Positions 23,966 to 33,290 of a stretch of 64,000 nucleotides of DNA are shown here, piece after piece. A model generated the notes under the pieces. The model searched no databases. It was not told where the DNA came from and saw nothing but the letters and a program-made list of their open reading frames with translations. The DNA comes from an uncultured Solirubrobacterales bacterium. GTDB lineage: Bacteria > Actinomycetota > Thermoleophilia > Solirubrobacterales > 70-9. Positions within the stretch are counted from its first letter, which is position 1. Every line of letters starts with the position of its first letter. The position numbers and the translations under genes are program-made. The DNA lies in contig CAVWWX010000001.1 in the NCBI GenBank assembly GCA_963758845.1, positions 45,067 to 109,066 on the forward strand, given 5' to 3'.

Positions 23966-25264
23966 ATGGGAAAGGTCGTCGAGCTCGACACGTCGAGCAC
24001 TGAATCCAGGGCGGGGCGCGCGAAGCGCAGGCGCAAGCGGTCGAAGACCGCGTTGGTCCTGGGCGGGGGCGGCTTCACCGGGGGTGTGTACGAGATCGGC
24101 GCGCTGCGCGCGCTGGACCTCCTGGCCGTCAACCAGACCGTTAACGAGTTCGACGTGTACGTGGGCACCAGCGCCGGCTCGTTCATCTCCGCGCTCACCG
24201 CCAACGGGGTCACGCCCGAGGAGATGATGCGCGTCCTGAACCGCGACCTCGCCTCGCCCCTGCGCGATATCGACCTGAAGATGCTGTTGCGGCCCAACTA
24301 CAGGGGCATCATCACCCGGGGGGTCCAGTTTCCCTTCCGAATGGTCGGGCTCGCCCGCTCGCTGGTGGGCCACCTGGGCGAGACCTCGGCCGTGGACCTC
24401 CTGATGGGGCTGGCCAGCGGCCTACCGAACGGCTTCTACAGCAGCGACGGGATCGCAAGGTACGTCGAGGAGGCGCTGACCGACCCGGACCGGACCAACG
24501 ACTTCCGCCTGCTCGAGCGCGAGCTGTACCTCACGGTCACCGACCTCGACACCACCGAGCGGGTGGTGCTGGGGGAGGGCGAGTGGGCCGACGTCCCGAT
24601 CTCGCAGGCCGTGGCCGCCTCGGGCGCCCTGCCCGCGGTCTACGAGCCGGTGACCATCAAGGACCGCGAGTTCATCGATGGCGGGATCCGCTCGACCACC
24701 AACGTCGACGTCGCGGTCGAGCGGGGCGCCAAGTTCATCGTGGTGATCAACCCGATCGTCCCCTACGTGAACGACTTCTCCAAGCGGATCCCCACCATCA
24801 CCGGCGACCGCGTCCGCCGCGTCTCCGACATGGGGGTCGGCGCGATCGCCAACCAGTCCTTCCGGGCGCTTTCCCACGATCGCCTCCACCGCGCGGTCAA
24901 GGACTGGCAGGAGGACTTCCCCGGCGTGGACATCATCCTGATCGAGCCCGAGCTGGACGACGAGCTGATGTTCGGCACCCCGATCCTGGACTACTCGGCC
25001 CGGCTCGAGATCGCCAAGCACGGCTTCGAGTCGGTCACGCTCAAGCTGGCGCGTGACTACGACCGCTACAAGGCGATCGCCGAGCGCCACGGCATCGAGA
25101 TCTCGGGCCGGCGCGTCCGCCACGTGCTCGAGCAGGTCGAGCGCGACCGCGGCAAGCTCTCGGCCTGGCGGCGGGTGCTCGAGCAGACCACCGCCGCGCT
25201 CCTGCGCCAGCAGCCTGGCCAGCGCGAGGACCAGGCAGCGGAGGCCGCCTCTGAAGACGCCTGA
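23966..25264 (+). CDS. patatin-like phospholipase
   Basis: LGGGGFTGG oxyanion motif, GTSAGS (GxSxG), FIDGGIRS (DG). ATG 23966 preferred over the upstream TTG 23924. Confidence 0.85.
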   Translation: MGKVVELDTSSTESRAGRAKRRRKRSKTALVLGGGGFTGGVYEIGALRALDLLAVNQTVNEFDVYVGTSAGSFISALTANGVTPEEMMRVLNRDLASPLRDIDLKMLLRPNYRGIITRGVQFPFRMVGLARSLVGHLGETSAVDLLMGLASGLPNGFYSSDGIARYVEEALTDPDRTNDFRLLERELYLTVTDLDTTERVVLGEGEWADVPISQAVAASGALPAVYEPVTIKDREFIDGGIRSTTNVDVAVERGAKFIVVINPIVPYVNDFSKRIPTITGDRVRRVSDMGVGAIANQSFRALSHDRLHRAVKDWQEDFPGVDIILIEPELDDELMFGTPILDYSARLEIAKHGFESVTLKLARDYDRYKAIAERHGIEISGRRVRHVLEQVERDRGKLSAWRRVLEQTTAALLRQQPGQREDQAAEAASEDA

Positions 25265-25280
25265 GCCCGCGGGGGCTCAG
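25261..25280. terminator. hairpin between the convergent patatin and fadD genes, spanning both stop codons
   Basis: ctgagccc-gcgg-gggctcag: 8-bp perfect stem with a 4-nt loop. Confidence 0.45.
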
Positions 25281-27085
25281 CTCGAGTAAAGGCCCTCGAC
25301 CTCGCCGGCGTACTTGTCGGCTACGACGTTTCGCTTGACCTTCATCGTGGGGGTCAGCTCGCCGCCCTCCTGCGAGAGGTCCTGCGGCAGGATATGGAAC
25401 TTCTTCACCTGCTCGACCCGGGCGAACTTCTCGTTCACCTGGTCCAGGTGCGCCTGGATCGAGGCGTGGACCTTCTCGTTGGTGGCGAGCGCTGCCACGT
25501 CGTCGGGCAGGCCCTCCTCCTTCGCGTAGGCGGCCGCGGTCTCGGGGTCGAGCGTGACCAGCGCGACGAGGTAGGGCCGGCGGTCGCCGATCACGACGCA
25601 CTGCGAGACCAGCGGATGCTGCTTGATCTCGGCCTCGAGGTTCGCCGGGGTGATGTTCTTGCCGCCCGCGGTGATGATGATGTCCTTCTTGCGGCCGGTG
25701 ATCTTGATGAAGCCGTCCGGGTCGATCTCGCCGACGTCTCCGGTGTGGAGCCACCCGTCCACGATCGTCTCGCGGGTCGCCTCCTCGTTCTTGTAGTAGC
25801 CCTGGAACACGTTCGGGCCCTTGACGAGGATCTCGCCGTCGTCGGCGATCTTGATCTCGACGCCCGGGAACGGCTTGCCGATCGTCCCGAACCTGAACTC
25901 CTCGGGGGTGGCGATGGTCGCCGCGGTGGAGGTCTCGGTCATGCCCCAGCCCTCGAGCACGAGGACGCCGGCCGCGTCGAAGAAGCGCAGGATGTCGGGG
26001 TTGATCGGCGCGGCGCCCGAGACCGCCTGTTCGAGCTTGCCGCCGAAGATCGCCCTGATCTTCGAGAGCACCTGCTTGTCGGCGAAGTCGTGCTGCGCCT
26101 TCAACAGGAAGCCGGGCTCCTTGCCCTGGCGCTCGAGCTCGCGGACCTTGGCGCCGGTCCTGATCGACCAGTCGAAGATCGCCTTCTTGAGGCCGCCGGC
26201 CTTCTCGGCGTTCGCGACGGCGGCGCCGTGGATCTTCTCGAAGATGCGCGGTACCGACGGGAAGTAGGTGGGCTTGACCTCGCTGAGGTTGGGGACGATC
26301 TTGAGCGGGTCCCGCTCCCAGTAGGCGAGCGTCGCCCCCAGCGCGAACGAGCCAAGCTGGATCAGCAGCGCGAACGAGTGGGCGAGCGGCAGGAACAGGT
26401 ACGTCGTGCCGTCCGCGTCGATCGCGTTGACCGAGATCACCATGTCCAGCATCGAGCGGTAGTTGCCGTGCGAGATGACGCAGCCCTTCGGCGGGCCGGT
26501 GGTCCCGGATGTGTAGATGAAGGTGCAGATGTCGCTGGGCTGGACCGAGCTGTAACGCTCCTCCCACTCGGCGTCGCTGCGCCCGGCCCCGCGTGCTGCG
26601 AGGTCCTCGATGGAGATCGCGTCGTCGGCGGAGCCGGTCATCAGGACCACGTGCTGAAGGGCGGGGCACTGCGCGCGGATCGCGCGGATCTTCTCCAGCT
26701 GGGCCTCGTCCTCCACGATGACCGCCGTCGAGTCGGAGTTCTCCAGCACGTACTGGCACTCCTCGGGGCTGTTGGTCTGGTAGATCGGCACGACGGTTGC
26801 GCCAGCCGTCAGCGCGGCGAAGTCGAAGTAGGTCCACTCCGGCCGGGTGTTGGCCAGGATCGCGACCTTGTCGCCCTTGACGATCCCCAGGTCGATCAGG
26901 CCCAGCGCCAGGCCCTTGACGGTCTCGCCGACCTCGGCGTAGGTGCGCCCGACCCACGAGCCGGAGTCGTCCTTGAACAGGATGGCCCGCTGCTGGGCGT
27001 GGTCGCGTGCCGCCAGCGGCAGCAGATCGGCGATGGTCTTCGACTTCACGCCGCTAGCCGCGGCAGGCGCAGTGGCAAGTTCCAT
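25277..27085 (-). CDS. long-chain fatty-acid--CoA ligase (AMP-forming)
   Basis: 602 aa; YTSGTTGPPKG AMP-binding motif, ...GWLHTGDVGEIDPDGFIKITGRKKD. Confidence 0.92.
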   Translation of the reverse strand: MELATAPAAASGVKSKTIADLLPLAARDHAQQRAILFKDDSGSWVGRTYAEVGETVKGLALGLIDLGIVKGDKVAILANTRPEWTYFDFAALTAGATVVPIYQTNSPEECQYVLENSDSTAVIVEDEAQLEKIRAIRAQCPALQHVVLMTGSADDAISIEDLAARGAGRSDAEWEERYSSVQPSDICTFIYTSGTTGPPKGCVISHGNYRSMLDMVISVNAIDADGTTYLFLPLAHSFALLIQLGSFALGATLAYWERDPLKIVPNLSEVKPTYFPSVPRIFEKIHGAAVANAEKAGGLKKAIFDWSIRTGAKVRELERQGKEPGFLLKAQHDFADKQVLSKIRAIFGGKLEQAVSGAAPINPDILRFFDAAGVLVLEGWGMTETSTAATIATPEEFRFGTIGKPFPGVEIKIADDGEILVKGPNVFQGYYKNEEATRETIVDGWLHTGDVGEIDPDGFIKITGRKKDIIITAGGKNITPANLEAEIKQHPLVSQCVVIGDRRPYLVALVTLDPETAAAYAKEEGLPDDVAALATNEKVHASIQAHLDQVNEKFARVEQVKKFHILPQDLSQEGGELTPTMKVKRNVVADKYAGEVEGLYSS

Positions 27086-27139
27086 GCTCGGAAACTTACC
27101 GGCGGGAGGGCGCCGGCGTGAAGGGGGTGGCCTTGGCGG

Positions 27140-27322
27140 CTAGAGCGCTGCCTGCGGCTGCTTGCTTGTCTCGGTGAGCTGGCGGAGCGAGGTGACGAAC
27201 AGGGTCTTGTCGATTCGCCCGTTGAAGATCGGCACGCCCATCTCCATGCACTTGGAGATCACATCCCGCCGCTTCATGTTGACTTCGTCGGCGAGTTCGG
27301 TGGGCGTCAGGTGATTGGCCAC
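27140..27322 (-). CDS. small (60 aa) helix-turn-helix-like protein, resembles the IF-2 N-terminal-type domain
   Basis: GTG start behind GGAAGGGAG; LTPTELADEVNMKRRDVISKCMEMGVPI; co-oriented just upstream of fadD. Confidence 0.6.
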   Translation of the reverse strand: MANHLTPTELADEVNMKRRDVISKCMEMGVPIFNGRIDKTLFVTSLRQLTETSKQPQAAL

Positions 27323-27355
27323 GTATCTCCCTTCCGGTGGGGTCGGTTGAAAGGG

Positions 27356-27384
27356 ATTTTTATCGCTCTTGACGGATGTGTCAA
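27356..27384 (-). promoter_or_regulatory. near-consensus sigma70-type promoter for the small HTH gene
   Basis: Minus strand TTGACA (27384-27379), 16 nt, TAAAAAT (27362-27356) in a locally AT-rich island. Confidence 0.45.
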
Positions 27385-27508
27385 CGCTTTCTGTCGCAAT
27401 TTGCGGATGGGCGGGACCGCTCGGAGAACCCGAGAATCACCCGCGGCGGCCTACGGCCGCCGTACACGCTGCTTTCGGGGCTAAAGCCCCTCATGCGAAT
27501 ATCTGGCA

Positions 27509-27748
27509 ATGGCCGATCCCGAGACCACCTTCCTCGAGTCCCTGATGGAGACCGAGCTCTATTCCATCGGGGCCTACTTCTGCGACGAGCACCCGGATCT
27601 GGTCGACGAGCTGGTCGACCGCGCCGAGGAGATCGAGCGCAGCGGCCTCGAGACCTGGGCGGCCGGCGCCGGAGGCTCGCTGGAGGAGGCGTTCGAGACC
27701 CTCCTGACGGGGCTCGCCGTGCGCTACTACAAGGCGGTCGCGGGTTGA
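27509..27748 (+). CDS. small acidic protein of unknown function (79 aa)
   Basis: MADPETTFLESLMETELYSIGAYFCDEHPDLVDELV...; non-Arg-rich composition; its TGA overlaps the TTG start of the next gene. Confidence 0.55.
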   Translation: MADPETTFLESLMETELYSIGAYFCDEHPDLVDELVDRAEEIERSGLETWAAGAGGSLEEAFETLLTGLAVRYYKAVAG

Positions 27749-28452
27749 GGTCGCGCTCGCCGTGGCTGCCCCGCGCGCTGCTGGGGATCGGCGTCCTTGC
27801 CGTGATCGCGACCGTGGTCTCGATCGCGGTCGGCGACGGTGGGCCCGACGCGCCCGCGACCGAGGGCTTCAGCGAGACCCAGAAGCTCTTCGGCGGCCAG
27901 ACCCAGGACGGGGCCATCCTGGGCTCGACCGACGCGCCCGTCCTGGTCAAGGTCTTCAACGACGTCCGCTGCGTGCCGTGCGCCAGCTACCAGACCGAGG
28001 AGGTCGACCCGGTGATCGAGCGCTATGCCCGCAGCGAGGAGGCGCAGTTCGAGTTCAGCCACTTCTCGCTTGGCCCCGAGCCGACCAGCCTGGCGGCCGT
28101 TGCCGCGACTGCGGCCGGCGAGCAGGGCCGCCAGTGGCAGTACATCGACCTCCTGATGCGCAACATCGAGTCCGCGCGCGGGGACACCGACGAGGACTTC
28201 CTCACCGACGTCGCCCGCGCGGTCCCCGAACTCGAGCTGGAGGTCTGGCAGGAGGACCGGCTGGCGCCCGAGGCGCTCGAGACCGTGGAGGCGGACGCCG
28301 ACGAGGCGGTGGACCTGAAGCTCTCGGCCGACCCGGCGGTGATCGTGACCGGGCCCGGAGGAGAGGAGCGCCTGGAGGGAGCGCCGACCAGCGAGGAGAT
28401 CGAGGCGGCGGTCGAGGCGGTCGTCCTAGGCCGGGTCGCCCAGGCCCAGTGA
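27745..28452 (+). CDS. membrane-anchored DsbA-like thioredoxin-fold oxidoreductase
   Basis: TTG 27745 gives MRSRSPWLPRALLGIGVLAVIATVVSIAV (signal anchor); VLVKVFNDVRCVPCASY CxxC motif. The track ORF 27376 start is a read-through. Confidence 0.8.
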   Translation: MRSRSPWLPRALLGIGVLAVIATVVSIAVGDGGPDAPATEGFSETQKLFGGQTQDGAILGSTDAPVLVKVFNDVRCVPCASYQTEEVDPVIERYARSEEAQFEFSHFSLGPEPTSLAAVAATAAGEQGRQWQYIDLLMRNIESARGDTDEDFLTDVARAVPELELEVWQEDRLAPEALETVEADADEAVDLKLSADPAVIVTGPGGEERLEGAPTSEEIEAAVEAVVLGRVAQAQ

Positions 28453-29148
28453 CCGTGCCAGGCGGCGGGTCAGGAGCAGCAGGCCGATGACGATCGCGAC
28501 TCCCACCCAGAGCAGCGGGTCGTCGAGTGAGAGCGACTCCAGGCGGCTGCCGAGGTAGGCGAAGACGGCGGTCAGGGGGAGGTAGCCCACGCCGCTGGTC
28601 CACATGAACTTGCCCAATGGAACCCGCGCCGACCCGGCCGCGTAGGAGAACAGGCTGAACGGCACGATCGGCACCAGGCGCATGCCCAGCAGCAGGGTGG
28701 TTCCCCCGCGCGAGACCATCCGCTCATAGGAGTCCAGGCGCTCGCGTCCCAGGTAGCGCCACAGCAGCGGGCGCGCCGCGTTGCGGCCGATCCAGTAGGC
28801 GACGATCGCGTTCAGCATCCAGCCGGCCATCAGCAGGGGGAGCGCCACCCAGAAGCCGTAGACGTAGCCCGCGGCCGCGTTCAGGATCTCGGTCGGATAC
28901 CAGACGACCGTGTGCACCAGCGCCAGCGCCAGCACGATGAGCGCGCCGCCCACCCCCAGCCCGCGCAGATCCTCGCGAAGCGACTCGGTGTCGCCGCGCA
29001 CCGCGTCGGCGAAGCCCGTGCGCAGCGGCTCGATCGCCAGCACCACAGCGGCCAGCACCAGGACGCCCGCGATCGTGATCGCGATGGCGAGGCGGGGGGA
29101 GCCCCCGGGCGTCTCGTCCGTGCTTGCGCCGGCGTCGCGGTGGGCCAC
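28426..29148 (-). CDS. TVP38/TMEM64 (DedA/SNARE-associated) family membrane protein
   Basis: ...YPTEILNAAAGYVYGFW...GRNAARPLL...LLLGMRLVPIVPFSLFSYAAGSARVP. Start set at GTG 29148 because the longer ORF runs across the tRNA. Confidence 0.8.
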   Translation of the reverse strand: MAHRDAGASTDETPGGSPRLAIAITIAGVLVLAAVVLAIEPLRTGFADAVRGDTESLREDLRGLGVGGALIVLALALVHTVVWYPTEILNAAAGYVYGFWVALPLLMAGWMLNAIVAYWIGRNAARPLLWRYLGRERLDSYERMVSRGGTTLLLGMRLVPIVPFSLFSYAAGSARVPLGKFMWTSGVGYLPLTAVFAYLGSRLESLSLDDPLLWVGVAIVIGLLLLTRRLARSLGLGDPA

Positions 29149-29209
29149 CCTTCGAGTATGGCGGCCGGTCGCGGCAGCCCGGGCCGCGGCCCCTAATATG
29201 AGGCGCCTT

Positions 29210-29283
29210 CGGGGCGTGGCGCAGCCTGGTAGCGCGCACCGTTCGGGTCGGTGAGGTCCCCGGTTCAAATCCGGGCGCCCCGA
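29210..29283 (+). tRNA. tRNA-Pro (anticodon CGG)
   Basis: 74 nt cloverleaf folded by hand: acceptor CGGGGCG/CGCCCCG, D-stem GCGC/GCGC, anticodon stem CACCG/CGGTG with loop TTCGGGT, T-arm CCCGG-TTCAAAT-CCGGG; no encoded CCA. Confidence 0.93.
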
Positions 29284-29286
29284 TTG

Positions 29287-29448
29287 ATGAATGACGACGA
29301 CAAGGTCCCACAGGACGACGAGCGTGGCGCCAAGCCGCCCGCCGACGACGGCGAGGAGGGCTCACACGGTCCCCTCGGCAACCCGGCGAGTGACGAGGAG
29401 GCCCTGAGCCACGGCCAGCAGGAAAGCGACGAGGACTCGGACGACTGA
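29287..29448 (+). CDS. 53-aa highly acidic ORF of unknown function
   Basis: ATG 4 nt after the tRNA 3' end; MNDDDKVPQDDERGAKPPADDGEEGSHGPLGNPASDEEALSHGQQESDEDSDD; high GC3. Confidence 0.35.
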   Translation: MNDDDKVPQDDERGAKPPADDGEEGSHGPLGNPASDEEALSHGQQESDEDSDD

Positions 29449-29457
29449 GCCGCGCCT

Positions 29458-30120
29458 GTGAGCCCGCCGTCCTCCACTCCCAAGACGGCTGAAGCCGAGA
29501 AGGAGATCGCCGCCGCGGCCGCGGCGCTGCTGGTCGAGGACGGTATGACCGTCGGGCTTGGCACCGGCTCGACGGTCGCCCACCTGCTGCCCACGCTGGC
29601 GGCGCGCGATCTCGCGATCCGCTGCGTGGCTACCTCGCCGGCGACCGAGGACGCGGCGCGCGCCCTGGGGATCGAGGTCGAGCCGTTCGCCGAGCTCGAT
29701 CGCCTGGACCTGGCGATCGATGGCGCCGATCAGATCGACCCGGCCGCCTGGCTCGTCAAGGGAGGCGGCGGCGCCCACACCCGGGAGAAGATCGTCGCCG
29801 CGGCGGCCGAGCGGTTCGTCGTCATCGCCGACGCGAGCAAGCCCGTCGAGCGGATCCACGCGCCCATCCCGCTCGAGCTCTCGCCCTTCGGGCTGAAGGC
29901 GACCCTGCGCGAGCTGGGCCTGGTTCGCCTGCGCGACGCTCCACCGAGCCCCGACGGCGGCTTGATCGCCGACTACGACGGCGAGGTGGGCGACCCCGCC
30001 GCCCTCGCCGGCCGGCTCGACGCGGTTCCGGGCGTGGTCGCCCACGGCCTGTTCCCGCCCGAGCTGGTGAGCGACGTACTGATCGGCCGGGGCCAGACGG
30101 TCGAGCGCCGCGAGCCCTAA
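29458..30120 (+). CDS. rpiA: ribose-5-phosphate isomerase A
   Basis: VGLGTGSTVAH...DLAIDGADQID...LVKGGGGAHTREKIV motifs. Confidence 0.9.
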   Translation: MSPPSSTPKTAEAEKEIAAAAAALLVEDGMTVGLGTGSTVAHLLPTLAARDLAIRCVATSPATEDAARALGIEVEPFAELDRLDLAIDGADQIDPAAWLVKGGGGAHTREKIVAAAAERFVVIADASKPVERIHAPIPLELSPFGLKATLRELGLVRLRDAPPSPDGGLIADYDGEVGDPAALAGRLDAVPGVVAHGLFPPELVSDVLIGRGQTVERREP

Positions 30121-30767
30121 CCCGGGTCGGCCGCCGGGTCGGCCAGGACGACGGCACCGGGAGCCTTCACCCGGCCGGCCGGAATCGAGCGATCTCCCTC
30201 CAGGAGCCGGCCGAGCGCGTCGCGCTTGTCGGCCCCCGTGATGAGCCAGAAGACCTGGCCCGCCGCGGCGAGGGCGGGGAACGTGAGCGTCATCCGGCGG
30301 CGCCCCTGATACTCGCCGCCGGTCACGGCGACCGCGCGGTCGTCGACCTCCAGCACGGGGTCACCGGGGACCAGCGACGCGGTGTGGCCGTCGGGTCCCA
30401 GGCCCAGGTGGACGAGGTCGATGGCCGCGGGCAGCGCCGCGGCGTAGCGGGCGGCCGCGGCCTGGGGATCGTCGTCGGTCACCGGCATCGGGTGCAGCCG
30501 CTCGAGCGCCGCGGCGGGAAGGCTCTCGCGCAGGTGGGTGAGGTTGCGCTCGTCGTCGCCGTCGGGGGCGATTCGCTCGTCCACCTGGAAGATCTCGACG
30601 GACTCCCAGGAGACCTCCTCGCCGGCCAGGCGCCGGCACATCAGCCATGGGTTGTGGCCGCCGGAGAGCGCCAGGGTGAAGCCGCCGCGGTCAGCGATCG
30701 CCCGGCGGGCGGCGGCGGCGATCAGGCCCGCGCCCCTGGACGCCAGGGGCTCGGCGCCGTCGATCAC
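30117..30767 (-). CDS. pgl: 6-phosphogluconolactonase
   Basis: FTLALSGGHNP...IFQVDER...HLGLGPDGHTASLVPG motifs. Confidence 0.85.
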   Translation of the reverse strand: MIDGAEPLASRGAGLIAAAARRAIADRGGFTLALSGGHNPWLMCRRLAGEEVSWESVEIFQVDERIAPDGDDERNLTHLRESLPAAALERLHPMPVTDDDPQAAAARYAAALPAAIDLVHLGLGPDGHTASLVPGDPVLEVDDRAVAVTGGEYQGRRRMTLTFPALAAAGQVFWLITGADKRDALGRLLEGDRSIPAGRVKAPGAVVLADPAADPG

Positions 30768-30775
30768 CTCCAGGT

Positions 30776-31801
30776 TCAGGTGGGCTTCTCCTCGTGGCCG
30801 CCGAACTGCTTGCGCATCGCCGACAGCACCTTGTCGGCGAAGTCGTCGTTGCCACGCGACGCGAAACGCTCGTAGACCGCGGTGGTCAGCACCGGCGCCG
30901 GCACGCCCTCCTCGATCGCCGCGATCGAGGTCCAGCGGCCCTCACCCGAGTCCGACACCCGTCCGGCGTAGCCGGCAAGGTCCGCGGACTCCGCCAGCGC
31001 CGTGGCGGTGAGGTCGAGCAGCCAGGAGCCGACGACGCTCCCGCGCCGCCAGACCTCGGCCACCTGGGGAACGTCGATCTCGTAGCTGTAGTACTCGGGG
31101 TTGTCCAGGGGTGCCGTCTCGGCGTCGGCGTCGCGCTTGACGGTCCCCGCGTCGGCGTTCTTGAGGATGTTGAGGCCCTCGGCGTAGGCGGCCATGATCC
31201 CGTACTCGATCCCGTTGTGGACCATCTTCACGAAGTGGCCCGCCCCCGGCGGCCCGCAGTGGAGGTAGCCGTTCTCGGCCGGCGTCGCCTCGCCCTCACG
31301 CCCCGGCGTGCGCTCGGCCGACTCGACCCCCGGGGCGAGGGTGGCGAATACGGGATCCAGCCTTCGCACGGCCTCGTCCGGGCCGCCGATCATCAGGCAG
31401 TAGCCCCGTTCCAGCCCGAACACGCCTCCCGAGGTGCCGCAGTCGATGTAGTCGATGCCCCGCTCGCCAAGCTGGGCCGAGCGCCGGATGTCGTCGCGGT
31501 AGTAGGAGTTGCCGCCGTCGATGACCGCGTCGCCGGGCTCGAGCTCGGCGGCGACCGCGTGGACGGTGGCCTCGGTGACGTCGCCGGCCGGGACCATGAT
31601 CCAGACCGCGCGCGGTGCCGACAGCTTCCCGGCCAGCTCCGCCAGCGAGGTGGCGACCTCGGCGCCGTCGGCGGCGAGCGTCTGGGCCGCGGCGGGGTCC
31701 ACGTCGAAGACCACGCACCGGTGCCCGTCACGCATCAGGCGGCGGGCGATGTTGGCCCCCATCCTGCCGAGGCCGACGATGCCAAGCTCCGAGTTGCTCA
31801 C
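30776..31801 (-). CDS. gnd: 6-phosphogluconate dehydrogenase, short (~340 aa) decarboxylating type
   Basis: GTG 31801 behind GGAAGGAGAGG; [17 protein letters not shown] Rossmann motif, ...DGGNSYY...DCGTSGG...[13 protein letters not shown]. Confidence 0.9.
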   Translation of the reverse strand: MSNSELGIVGLGRMGANIARRLMRDGHRCVVFDVDPAAAQTLAADGAEVATSLAELAGKLSAPRAVWIMVPAGDVTEATVHAVAAELEPGDAVIDGGNSYYRDDIRRSAQLGERGIDYIDCGTSGGVFGLERGYCLMIGGPDEAVRRLDPVFATLAPGVESAERTPGREGEATPAENGYLHCGPPGAGHFVKMVHNGIEYGIMAAYAEGLNILKNADAGTVKRDADAETAPLDNPEYYSYEIDVPQVAEVWRRGSVVGSWLLDLTATALAESADLAGYAGRVSDSGEGRWTSIAAIEEGVPAPVLTTAVYERFASRGNDDFADKVLSAMRKQFGGHEEKPT

Positions 31802-31871
31802 GCCTCTCCTTCCGATTGCTGGCTGGGGCGCTGGCCATCGTAAGCCAGCGGGTAGGGTGCGCCGAGCTGAG

Positions 31872-33290
31872 ATGGAGGTTTCGAGCCTGCCCACAGCCGG
31901 CACCGCACAGCTCCGCGAGCAGGCGGACGCGCTGGTCATCTTCGGGATCAGCGGCGATCTGGCCCGCAAGATGACCTTCAAGGCGCTCTACCGCCTGGAG
32001 GCTCGCGGACGCCTTCACTGCCCGATCATCGGCGTCGCGATCGACGACTGGGACGACGAGAAGCTTCGCGACCATGCCCGCGAGGCGATCTCGGTCGGAC
32101 TCGAGCATCCCGACGAGCAGGTGCTCGCCAGCCTGGGCGACCGGCTGAGCTACGTCGCGGGCGACTACGCCGACCCGGACACGTTCGCCCGTGTGAGGAA
32201 GGCGCTCGCCGGGGCCCGCCACCCGCTGTTCTACCTCGAGGTCCCACCGTCGCTGTTCGCGCCGGTGGTCCGGAGCCTGTCCGACGCCGGCCTAACCCGC
32301 GACGCCCGGGTGATGGTCGAGAAGCCGTTCGGGCACGACCTCGCCTCGGCCCAGGAGCTGAACCGCCAGCTCCGCGAGGTCCTCGCCGAGCAGCAGATCC
32401 TCCGCATCGATCACTTCCTGGGTAAGGAGCCGGTGATGGACATCGTCTTCCTGCGCTTCGCCAACAGCCTCCTGGAGCCGGTCTGGAACCGCCACTTCGT
32501 CTCGCACGTCCAGATCACGATGGCCGAGGACTTCGGCGTCGAAGGCCGGGGGCGCTTCTTCGATCCGGTCGGCTCGCTTCGCGACGTGGTCCAGAACCAC
32601 CTGCTCCAGCTCGTCTCGCTGGTCGCGATGGAGCCCCCGGCCGGCAACCAGGTGGACTCGGTCCGCGCCAAGAAGATGGAGCTCTTCACGGCGATGCGGC
32701 CCGCCGACCCGAAGCGATACGTGCGGGGGCAGTACGAGGGCTACCGCGAGGTGGACGGGGTCGCGCCCGACTCGACCACCGAGACCTATGCGGCGCTCGA
32801 GCTGGAGATCGACAACTGGCGCTGGTCGGGGGTCCCGTTCTTCGTCCGGGCCGGGAAGTCCCTGCCGCTGCGGGCGACCGAGGTGAACGTGGTCTTCAAG
32901 CGCCCGCCGCGACTGGGCGTGGGCCCGGACACCCGGGCCGAGCCGAACCAGCTGGTGATCCGGATCGATCCGAAGCCCGGGGCCCGGATTCGCTTCGTGG
33001 TCAAGAAGGCCGGCGAGGTGGAGTTCGATCCCGCCGACCTGGAGGTGCTGTTCGAGAAGGTCCCCGGCTCGGACCCGCAGCCCTACGAGCGCCTGCTCGA
33101 CGACGCGATCCGGGGTGACCACCAGCTCTTCACCCGCGAGGAGGCGATCGAGCAGACGTGGCGGGTGGTCCAGCCTCTGCTGGACGACCCCGGGCCGGTG
33201 GACAGCTACGCGCCCGGCTCCTGGGGCCCCCAGCGCTCCCACGAACTCACGCGCGGCATCTGCGAGTGGTATGAGCCGTGGCTGCCATGA
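31872..33290 (+). CDS. zwf: glucose-6-phosphate 1-dehydrogenase
   Basis: ATG 31872; [14 protein letters not shown]..., RIDHFLGKE active-site motif, ...LRDVVQNH. Confidence 0.94.
   Translation: MEVSSLPTAGTAQLREQADALVIFGISGDLARKMTFKALYRLEARGRLHCPIIGVAIDDWDDEKLRDHAREAISVGLEHPDEQVLASLGDRLSYVAGDYADPDTFARVRKALAGARHPLFYLEVPPSLFAPVVRSLSDAGLTRDARVMVEKPFGHDLASAQELNRQLREVLAEQQILRIDHFLGKEPVMDIVFLRFANSLLEPVWNRHFVSHVQITMAEDFGVEGRGRFFDPVGSLRDVVQNHLLQLVSLVAMEPPAGNQVDSVRAKKMELFTAMRPADPKRYVRGQYEGYREVDGVAPDSTTETYAALELEIDNWRWSGVPFFVRAGKSLPLRATEVNVVFKRPPRLGVGPDTRAEPNQLVIRIDPKPGARIRFVVKKAGEVEFDPADLEVLFEKVPGSDPQPYERLLDDAIRGDHQLFTREEAIEQTWRVVQPLLDDPGPVDSYAPGSWGPQRSHELTRGICEWYEPWLP

Noticed and set aside
25041-26957. 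638-aa minus-strand ORF and 575-aa plus-strand ORF overlapping fadD
   Set aside because: They are alternative frames or strands of the acyl-CoA ligase gene, which carries the AMP-binding signature. They are extremely Arg/Gly-rich.
29251-29286. 5' part of track ORF 29251-29448
   Set aside because: It lies inside the tRNA-Pro gene, so the ORF was trimmed to the internal ATG at 29287.
29150-29300. tRNA-Pro as a mobile-element integration site
   Set aside because: There is no integrase, transposase, direct repeat of the tRNA 3' end, or compositional island next to it.
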